Shown one piece after another: positions 26,781 to 33,405 of a stretch of DNA of 33,405 bases. Position 1 is the stretch's first letter, and each line of letters starts with the position of its first letter. The stretch is from a virus: positions 1 through 33,405 of IMG/VR virus record IMGVR_UViG_3300017727_001923. One strand, given 5' to 3'. A program made the position numbers and the translations under genes. The notes beneath the pieces were generated by a model. That model did no database searches. It was not told the DNA's origin and worked only from the letters and a program-made list of their open reading frames with translations.

Positions 26781-26966
26781 ATGAAAAAGACGAAACGTAT
26801 AAAGTCTCGTCACGCACGGGTACTGTTCACAAAGGACAGTCCTTTTACCCACAAGGTTGTGCCTGACAAGACCAAGTATAACCGCAAAAAGAATCCCCGC
26901 AAAGTCGGGGATTTTTCTTATTGGTCTTTATTAAATTCTCTAAAAGGTCTAACCTTCCCATCGTAG
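26781..26966 (+). CDS. ArfA-like basic protein (candidate ribosome rescue factor) with a terminator inside the ORF
   Basis: AAGGAG RBS; ARVLFTKDSPFTHKVVPDKTKYNRKK resembles the ArfA core (A.L..D..F...V...K...Y.RK). Confidence 0.5.
   Translation: MKKTKRIKSRHARVLFTKDSPFTHKVVPDKTKYNRKKNPRKVGDFSYWSLLNSLKGLTFPS
26886..26919. terminator. Bidirectional intrinsic terminator
   Basis: AAAAAG-AATCCCCG-CAAAGT-CGGGGATT-TTTCTT between convergent genes. Confidence 0.8.
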
Positions 26967-27229
26967 AATAACATCTTATACCAAGGAGTATCTCTTTTCA
27001 TACGTGGGATTGTATACTCAAACTTCTTCCCTTCTTTGTTAATCCAAACCACGTGATATCCAATCCATCTTCTTGACGGATACCATTGTGCCTTACCACC
27101 ATTTACAATCAGATTCTCTAGTGTCCAGAAATAACAATTGTTCTTTTTAGTGAACAAACGTATTGGCCATGACCAGAAAAACACAATCATGAGTGCAAAT
27201 GTAATCCATTTTCTGTATAAATTATCCAT
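26918..27229 (-). CDS. Hypothetical protein with N-terminal TM helix; the only clear minus-strand gene
   Basis: Start MDNLYRKWITF; ends at the terminator; occupies a gap with no + strand gene. Confidence 0.65.
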   Translation of the reverse strand: MDNLYRKWITFALMIVFFWSWPIRLFTKKNNCYFWTLENLIVNGGKAQWYPSRRWIGYHVVWINKEGKKFEYTIPRMKRDTPWYKMLFYDGKVRPFREFNKDQ

Positions 27230-27256
27230 ATAATTATATATACAGACCCTTGTTTG

Positions 27257-27264
27257 TATAAATA
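27257..27264 (+). promoter_or_regulatory. T4-type late promoter heading the csg/FecR/cyclase operon
   Basis: TATAAATA 5 nt before ATG 27270. Confidence 0.7.
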
Positions 27265-27269
27265 AAGGC

Positions 27270-27551
27270 ATGGATGAGATGGTAATACTAGTCTCCGAAT
27301 TGGGTTTTCCAGTTGCTGCTGCATGTTTGGGTGGGTTCTTCATGTTCCTAACATTAAAATACATAATGAATGGTGTTATTGATAAGGTAAATTTTATCAG
27401 TAATATGGTCTCTGGTCTCGATAATCGGGTAAAAAATATGAATCACGATATGATTCGTATGGATACAACCATGTGTGTAGTATTAGGAATCAAACCAGAC
27501 TTGAATAGAATTAGTAGAGCGGATGGACAGAAAGATGCACGGAGGGATTAA
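27270..27551 (+). CDS. Small membrane protein with coiled coil (paralog 1)
   Basis: ELGFPVAAA TM helix followed by GLDNRVKNMNHDMIR.D. Confidence 0.75.
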   Translation: MDEMVILVSELGFPVAAACLGGFFMFLTLKYIMNGVIDKVNFISNMVSGLDNRVKNMNHDMIRMDTTMCVVLGIKPDLNRISRADGQKDARRD

Positions 27552-27562
27552 TTGTTGAAACA

Positions 27563-27811
27563 ATGGATGTAGTTACAGCAATAAAAGATTTCGGCTTTCC
27601 GATAGTTGCCGCATTGGGGATGCTTTACGTCATCTATTTTGTGTGGAAGACTATAACACAACAAGTAGAATCCAAGTTAGATGATGCACATATAGTCATT
27701 ATTGGTCTTATTGACCGAGTGAGAATGTTAGATAATGATATCATTCGATTGCAACAGAAATTAGATACTGCAATAGAAATGGGGAGAAAAGAAAAAGAAG
27801 ATGAAGAATAA
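27563..27811 (+). CDS. Small membrane protein with coiled coil (paralog 2)
   Basis: DFGFPIVAA TM helix followed by GLIDRVRMLDNDIIRL. Confidence 0.75.
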   Translation: MDVVTAIKDFGFPIVAALGMLYVIYFVWKTITQQVESKLDDAHIVIIGLIDRVRMLDNDIIRLQQKLDTAIEMGRKEKEDEE

Positions 27812-28283
27812 TTTTAGTTTAGTAGAAAAAATAGAATCAGCATGTTTGTTAATTGCTTTTGGTCTTATGTTGTTTGTTGTAGTTGAAGTACAAGCTGCAC
27901 CCAAAGAACACAAATTTAAATCACCATCATTTAGTGGAATAAATCAATCGTCACATTATTTGACAATTGAGAACCAAGAGACTTCAAGAAAAGAAGCTAT
28001 AAAACAGGAGATTAAAGACCTCAAAGAACAGATGGAGAGGGACGCAGAAAATACAACCCTCGCAAAATTTATTAGGAATGTCGAAAGCAGAATCTACTCG
28101 ACATTATCAAGACAAATAGTAGATGGTATGTTCGGAGAGAATCCTAGTGATACAGGTTCTTTTAATATCGAAGGTACTGGGATATCATACGTCAGAGACG
28201 GTGATTCAGTAATATTAACAATAACAGATGAGAACGGTAATGTCACGACTATTACTATTCCCCTTGGTGATTTTGGTATCTAG
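27801..28283 (+). CDS. csgF: Curli assembly protein CsgF-like
   Basis: Signal peptide (VQA|A), FKSPSFSG (cf. CsgF F.NP.FGG), C-terminal ITDENG..T.I.IP. Confidence 0.75.
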   Translation: MKNNFSLVEKIESACLLIAFGLMLFVVVEVQAAPKEHKFKSPSFSGINQSSHYLTIENQETSRKEAIKQEIKDLKEQMERDAENTTLAKFIRNVESRIYSTLSRQIVDGMFGENPSDTGSFNIEGTGISYVRDGDSVILTITDENGNVTTITIPLGDFGI

Positions 28284-29037
28284 TTGTTCAACTTTAGGGG
28301 ATAAAATAGAATTCCCCACCGAAGAACAACCAAAGGTTCAAGAAACATTACTTCAATCTGAATTAAGGAATGTTTCGAAACCAACAAGGAAACCAACTGT
28401 AGCTGTATATCAGTTTACAGACCAAACGGGACAAAAAAGACAGAACAGTAGTGGTGGAACAAGTTTTAGTTCTGCTGTTACACAAGCACCTTCAGTGTAT
28501 CTAATTAGAGCATTGAAACGTGCTAGTAAGGGAAATTTCTTCAGGGTGGTTGACCGTCAAATTATTGACCATGTGACGAGAGAACGTCAATTAATACGAC
28601 AAACTCGTCAATCATATGAAGGAAATGACTCTCAGAAGTTGCCAGCGCTTACTTTTGCTGGCATGATTATTGCTGGGGGTATAGTAGGATACGATTCTTC
28701 TATTGACACAGGAGGTAGTGGTGCCAGAACATTAGGCATTGGTGGTTCTCGTGAATTTAGTGTAGACACCGTTACGGTGAATATTAGATTGGTTTCGGTT
28801 GCTACGGGTGAAGTTTTACTTGATGTTATAACAAGTAAGACAATACTATCTACAGCGTACAGTGGAGATGTATTTAAATTTATAGAACAGGGTACTCAAC
28901 TTATAGAAATAGAAAGTGGAGTTACTCAAAACGAAAGTGTATCAATTGCTACTCAACGGGCAATTGAGCAAGGAGTCCTAGAACTTATTTTGAGGGGGTC
29001 TCAAAAAGGTTTCTGGACATTAACTGGAGAAAAATAA
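28228..29037 (+). CDS. csgG: Curli secretion channel CsgG/HfaB-like lipoprotein
   Basis: Lipobox LVSS|C; VAVYQFTDQTGQ, STAVTQ-like, F.VVDR...ERQLIR, GGIVGYD, D.VTV.IRLVSV.TGEVL. Confidence 0.9.
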   Translation: MRTVMSRLLLFPLVILVSSCSTLGDKIEFPTEEQPKVQETLLQSELRNVSKPTRKPTVAVYQFTDQTGQKRQNSSGGTSFSSAVTQAPSVYLIRALKRASKGNFFRVVDRQIIDHVTRERQLIRQTRQSYEGNDSQKLPALTFAGMIIAGGIVGYDSSIDTGGSGARTLGIGGSREFSVDTVTVNIRLVSVATGEVLLDVITSKTILSTAYSGDVFKFIEQGTQLIEIESGVTQNESVSIATQRAIEQGVLELILRGSQKGFWTLTGEK

Positions 29038-29765
29038 TGAACGTTAAGGCAAAATCATTTTATGCTGTGATGTTCGTAATTGGTGCTGCATATGCTTATG
29101 CAGACAATGAAGTCTATATAGACCAAGTAGGAAATGGTGGAGATATAGAAATTATACAAGACGGTAGTGGAAATAAACTAGGTGGTGGTCTATCAGATAC
29201 CAGTAAATTCCTCCTCGATGGGGCGGACATGGATTTCAAGGTCAATTTGACTGGTGGAAGTAATAACCTAATAGGTTCTATTATTGGTACTAGTACAGTT
29301 GATATTGATGTCAGTGGTTCTTCGAACGATTTACTTTTTGATATTGATAAAGACAACTCATTTGGTGCTGAAAATGGTGATTACGTAATTGATATAACTG
29401 GTGGTAATAATGACCTAGACTTTGACTTTGGTTCTTTAGATACTGCTAATGACCTAGACTTTGATTTCGTATTAGACGGTGATTTTAACACCGCTGATGT
29501 GAATATTGATGCAACAGGGGTCGTATTCAATATGGACGTAGTTTCAGACAACTCAAACTTGTTATATAATGCAAGTGGTTATGATGGACATAACTTTGTT
29601 CTGACTGGAACAGGTAACTATTGGGACATTGAAGTTCACCAAGAGTCTACTTTACAGGCAGATTCATTGGAGATAGAATATGAAGGTTCTGGTACAAGCA
29701 CGACAGACGCAACTATTTGTATTAGTCAGTCTGATGATGGGACTAACACTAACTGCGGAGGCTAA
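29037..29765 (+). CDS. Secreted curlin-like beta-solenoid protein
   Basis: Signal peptide AYA|D; NEVYIDQVGNG, IEIIQDGSGN, I.I.G..N repeats; C-terminal Cys pair. Confidence 0.65.
   Translation: MNVKAKSFYAVMFVIGAAYAYADNEVYIDQVGNGGDIEIIQDGSGNKLGGGLSDTSKFLLDGADMDFKVNLTGGSNNLIGSIIGTSTVDIDVSGSSNDLLFDIDKDNSFGAENGDYVIDITGGNNDLDFDFGSLDTANDLDFDFVLDGDFNTADVNIDATGVVFNMDVVSDNSNLLYNASGYDGHNFVLTGTGNYWDIEVHQESTLQADSLEIEYEGSGTSTTDATICISQSDDGTNTNCGG
29408..29464 (+). repeat. 18-nt direct repeat within the curlin-like gene
   Basis: TAATGACCTAGACTTTGA at 29408 and 29447 (NDLDFDF twice). Confidence 0.7.
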
Positions 29766-30801
29766 TGATACTGACGTAGGTGCAGTAGACAAGGCAGTTG
29801 GTTGGAGACAAATACTTAGAGACACAACTAAGATTGAACCCGCTATGGGTCAAGATGTAATCTCGAAGGATGACCTTCGCACAGGTGAAGGTCGCCTTCA
29901 GGTTCGTTTTTTAGATGATTCGAAATTAAGAATGACAGAACATACACGTATCGTAATTGATAACGTGGTATTTGACGATGACCCAAGTAAGTCTGACTTG
30001 GCGATGACGTTTGCCCAAGGAACTGCTAGATTCATATCTGGTGGTTTGGGTAAGGTTGACAAAGAAAATATCAGACTCAAAACCCCTACCGCATCAATCG
30101 GTATCAGGGGTACAGATTTTACGGTAACCGTTGACGAATTCGGGAAAACGCTCGTGGTACTTTTGCCAGACGTAAACGGTATTTCATCTGGTGAGATTAT
30201 TGTTTCAACAATGACAGGTGAGGTTGTACTCAACAAACCGTTCGAGTCCACAACAACAACAGTTGCAGAAACCGCTCCATCTGCACCCGCAATCCTAGAC
30301 TTGACTCTGGATATGTTAAACAATATCATGATTATCAATCCCCCCAAAGAAGTACAGACACAAGAAGAGTTCATGTCAAGTGTCACTGCATCTAAAAACA
30401 TCAATCCATTAGACATAGACTTCCTTGACGAAGATTTATTGCAAGATGAGTTTGAAGAAGATTTGTTGGAATTTACAGAACTTGATATCAATTATCTAGA
30501 CGTTGACCTACTCGAAGACATGTTAGATACTTTTGATAGTCTAGGAGAAGATATCCTACAAGAAAAACAAAGTACAGGTGAGTTAAATCTACAGGGAACA
30601 GAAGAAGGATTTGATACAGTCACACAGGTCGCAACAGTCATAGAAGGAGACAAAGTAACCTTTAACAGAACAGTAAACGATACCGCAGTAGTAACTGTAG
30701 ACAAAAATGCACTGACCAATTTATTAATAGAACAAGACGGAAAAGAACTTGACCCGATTCGTGTAAACGGTGTCGAAACAGAAATCATAATAAAACAATG
30801 A
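29680..30801 (+). CDS. FecR-domain periplasmic protein with acidic C-terminal region
   Basis: Signal peptide; D.LRTGEGR.Q.RFLDDS.L...EHT, G.ARF.SG, TPTASIGIRGTDF. Confidence 0.85.
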   Translation: MKVLVQARQTQLFVLVSLMMGLTLTAEANDTDVGAVDKAVGWRQILRDTTKIEPAMGQDVISKDDLRTGEGRLQVRFLDDSKLRMTEHTRIVIDNVVFDDDPSKSDLAMTFAQGTARFISGGLGKVDKENIRLKTPTASIGIRGTDFTVTVDEFGKTLVVLLPDVNGISSGEIIVSTMTGEVVLNKPFESTTTTVAETAPSAPAILDLTLDMLNNIMIINPPKEVQTQEEFMSSVTASKNINPLDIDFLDEDLLQDEFEEDLLEFTELDINYLDVDLLEDMLDTFDSLGEDILQEKQSTGELNLQGTEEGFDTVTQVATVIEGDKVTFNRTVNDTAVVTVDKNALTNLLIEQDGKELDPIRVNGVETEIIIKQ

Positions 30802-31211
30802 AGTACTGGATACCATTACTTGCATTTATACTGTTTACCGTTCCTTCGTGGGGACTAGACCTAACACTACCCGAACCCGAAGAACCCTATGATTACGAAG
30901 AGATAGAAATACCAGAAGTTTATATATTTAATTTTGGTGACTATAACGAACCCCCGACTAGAACACAACTGACTATATTCTGGACTCTCAATGCATTAGA
31001 TGTGTGGACAACACATAGAGCATTAAAAGATTGTCCTAATTGTAGAGAGATGAATCCATTGCTACCAGACAGACCAAAACTTGAAGACCTCTTATTACAG
31101 AAAGCAATCGTAGGTGGCATAATACATTGGCAATCAAGTAGTGACTATATGACGGGTATAAATATAGGTTTAACATACGCAGTCGTAAACAACTATAAAA
31201 TAGTGTACTAG
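30798..31211 (+). CDS. Exported/membrane protein, DUF5658-like
   Basis: Signal peptide; LD..TT..AL...E.NPLL motif. Confidence 0.55.
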   Translation: MKYWIPLLAFILFTVPSWGLDLTLPEPEEPYDYEEIEIPEVYIFNFGDYNEPPTRTQLTIFWTLNALDVWTTHRALKDCPNCREMNPLLPDRPKLEDLLLQKAIVGGIIHWQSSSDYMTGINIGLTYAVVNNYKIVY

Positions 31212-33032
31212 ATGAAAACATGGCATGTATTTGTCACCCTTATTGTCATGGTGACATTAAGATTATTAGACCCCTTCTTATTAGAGAGTGCAAGACTCTC
31301 ATTCTTTGATTCTATGCAGAGGACACAGGATGTGTCTATATCAGAACAAATTGTACTGGTAGATATAGATGAGAAGACTCTAGATAAGTTCGGACAGTAT
31401 CCCATTCCCCGTAAAGTAATGGCAGATGAGATTGATAAGATTGATGGTAGTATTATTGCATTCAATATCTTGTTTTCAGAAGAAGACAGAATGGGTGGAG
31501 ATGAATACTTTGCAGACATCTTATCATGGAAACAAGCAATTGTTGCAATCGCACCATCCAACAGAACCAACACAGACTATCGTCCACCTCGTATAGGTAC
31601 TGCGACATTTGGTGATAGGGACGCAGAAGACTTTAGACCAGAACTGCCAGGCATGTTGTTTGCACAACCAATCATCCACGACAATGCATTTGGTTATGGT
31701 ACAATATCATCTGCACAGGATGTTGATGGTATTGTCAGAAGACAACCCCTATTAGAGAACTTTGATAATAGACTGTATCCCGCATTCGCATTAGACGTAC
31801 TTAGAGTTGCGGCAGGGGATTCATCTTATCAGATATCCACGGATGACTATGGTATTCAGTTTGTTCGTATTCCCAAGTTCAAACCAATCACTACAGATGT
31901 AAACGGTAACGTTACAATCGCATACTGGAATGAGTTTAAAAGATATTCATTCACAGAACTAGACCAAATACCCGAAGGTTCAATTATTATTGTAGGTGCA
32001 ACTTTTGAAGGTTCTAATGTGGTATCTACACCAATGGGTGCAATGTACCCCCATGATATTCAAGCAAATCTAATCAAGACAATGATTGATGGTGTAGTTT
32101 TAAAACGACAGTCTGAATTCATGTTATATGAAATTATTGTAAGTGTCATACTAAGTGTCATACTTATTGCATTCATAACACTTGCACCAATATCTGTATC
32201 TGGTATGACGTTTGGTGTCATACTCATGGGAATATACTATTTTGTAACTGATACATTCTCAACATATTTCTATATGGTTGACCCAGTATTTCCTATATTA
32301 ACCATGGTGGTCATATTTGCACATGGTTCGTTTGTTCAGTTCTATACACAGTTCAAAGCTAAACAGATGATTAAGGGACAGTTTGGTACATACCTATCAC
32401 CCGACATGGTGGACATGTTGGCAAAAGACCCCAGTCTTATGAAGTTGGGTGGTGAGAGAAAAGAGATGACGTTCCTATTCATGGACATATGTGGATTCAC
32501 CCCCATAAGCGAGCATTATAAAAACAAGGATGATGCAGAGGGTTTGGTCACACTTATTAATAACTACTTAAATGAGATGACTAATATTATCCTAAATAAC
32601 GGTGGAACAATCGACAAGTATATGGGCGATTGTATTATGGCATTCTGGAACGCACCCTTACCGTGCGACAATCACGCAGAGATGGCAGTTAAATCTGCAA
32701 TAGAGATAGAAGAAAAGACTAATGAACTTAGACAAAAATATCAAGAACAAGGTCTCCCGCCTATTAATGTTGGAACTGGTATTAACACTGGTACTTGTAT
32801 TGTTGGTAATATGGGTAGTGAATCGAGATTTGATTATTCAGTCATTGGAGACTCCGTCAACCTTGCCGCAAGACTTGAAGCAACCGCAGCAAGAGGAGAC
32901 TACCTTGAATACAAGACCATCTACTCTAGTTTTACAATGGAAAAACTCACCACTATTAATTCGAGACCAATAGGTCAGATTAAAGTGAAGGGTAAGGAGG
33001 AGATGATTGATATCTACACAATGGACAGATAA
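31212..33032 (+). CDS. CHASE2-domain class III adenylate/guanylate cyclase
   Basis: IVLVDIDEKTL...FSEEDR...DVDGIVRR (CHASE2), 3 TM helices, FMDICGFT, IDKYMGDCIMAFW, GNMGS..RFDYSVIGDSVNLAARLE. Confidence 0.95.
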   Translation: MKTWHVFVTLIVMVTLRLLDPFLLESARLSFFDSMQRTQDVSISEQIVLVDIDEKTLDKFGQYPIPRKVMADEIDKIDGSIIAFNILFSEEDRMGGDEYFADILSWKQAIVAIAPSNRTNTDYRPPRIGTATFGDRDAEDFRPELPGMLFAQPIIHDNAFGYGTISSAQDVDGIVRRQPLLENFDNRLYPAFALDVLRVAAGDSSYQISTDDYGIQFVRIPKFKPITTDVNGNVTIAYWNEFKRYSFTELDQIPEGSIIIVGATFEGSNVVSTPMGAMYPHDIQANLIKTMIDGVVLKRQSEFMLYEIIVSVILSVILIAFITLAPISVSGMTFGVILMGIYYFVTDTFSTYFYMVDPVFPILTMVVIFAHGSFVQFYTQFKAKQMIKGQFGTYLSPDMVDMLAKDPSLMKLGGERKEMTFLFMDICGFTPISEHYKNKDDAEGLVTLINNYLNEMTNIILNNGGTIDKYMGDCIMAFWNAPLPCDNHAEMAVKSAIEIEEKTNELRQKYQEQGLPPINVGTGINTGTCIVGNMGSESRFDYSVIGDSVNLAARLEATAARGDYLEYKTIYSSFTMEKLTTINSRPIGQIKVKGKEEMIDIYTMDR

Positions 33033-33405
33033 CTTCCTTTCACCCGAAGAATACTCAGAAGTTCAAGAACTCTCAAACTCTATTCACTTCCATAGTGCAG
33101 AAGAGTATGCAGACAAATACGGTGATAGTACACATCCACACCCTATCAAGAATTTCAATTGGAAAGAATGGAAAGAGTGTAGACGCAGTGACAATCTGAT
33201 TGATTATCTAGATAATGTCACTGATAAGATAAACTCTATGTTTGAGTGTGAGGTTAGTAGACTGGAATACTTCCAACACCCTCTTGAAAACTTTCCAACG
33301 TATGACGATTCCCCCCCAAAACATATCGATGCAAAATTCGAATTCTCTGGTGTCTTGTATCTAGACCAAGGTAAGGAAGGACTAGGTACTACAGTTGGAG
33401 ACCAG
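33007..33405 (+). CDS. 2OG-Fe(II) oxygenase-like protein, 3'-truncated by the window edge
   Basis: TTG after AAGGAGG; DNFLSPEE...HIDAKFEFSGVLYL...GT. Frame open to the end; not in the ORF track. Confidence 0.7.
   Translation, partial: MISTQWTDNFLSPEEYSEVQELSNSIHFHSAEEYADKYGDSTHPHPIKNFNWKEWKECRRSDNLIDYLDNVTDKINSMFECEVSRLEYFQHPLENFPTYDDSPPKHIDAKFEFSGVLYLDQGKEGLGTTVGDQ

Noticed and set aside
29898-30788. Long minus-strand ORFs (197 and 98 aa) opposite the FecR gene, and similar antisense ORFs elsewhere
   Set aside because: Ser-rich shadow frames of well-supported + strand genes, with no RBS or recognisable motifs.
1-33405. tRNA genes, CRISPR arrays, integrases and transposases
   Set aside because: None recognised by eye; intergenic gaps other than 14755-15124 are short. 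A tRNAscan/ARAGORN run would confirm.

Overview
A 33.4-kb segment of a T4-like (gp55/gp45-type) myophage genome, probably marine and infecting a proteobacterium; the host cannot be fixed from the sequence. Nearly all genes are on the + strand. The core replication/recombination module runs uvsW (partial), gp55, gp47, gp46, gp45, gp44, gp62, regA, gp43, uvsX and gp41. Accessory genes are interleaved: a B12-type radical SAM enzyme, several 2OG-Fe(II)/JmjC oxygenases, a cytidylyltransferase, a DUF6580-like membrane protein, MazG-like pyrophosphatase, dCMP deaminase, Hsp20, a glycosyltransferase, an AEP-like primase, a nucleotide-sugar epimerase and dehydrogenase, and ThyX. Near-perfect sigma70 promoters precede most core genes, and TATAAATA late promoters are present. 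Main points of interest: (1) a late-promoter operon of two paralogous membrane proteins, CsgF, CsgG, a curlin-like beta-solenoid, a FecR protein and a CHASE2 adenylate cyclase, which looks like a trans-envelope signalling system; (2) a bS21 gene next to an ArfA-like ORF whose terminator lies before its stop codon (non-stop mRNA logic); (3) a ~270-nt promoter-driven, highly base-paired non-coding RNA directly upstream of DNA polymerase; (4) an RpoH-type promoter plus ROSE-like RNA thermometer on hsp20; (5) smaller cis-elements: twin UUCCU-loop hairpins, a perfect antisense promoter, and four Pho-box-like repeats with 11-bp period. All family assignments are from motif recognition, not database searches.
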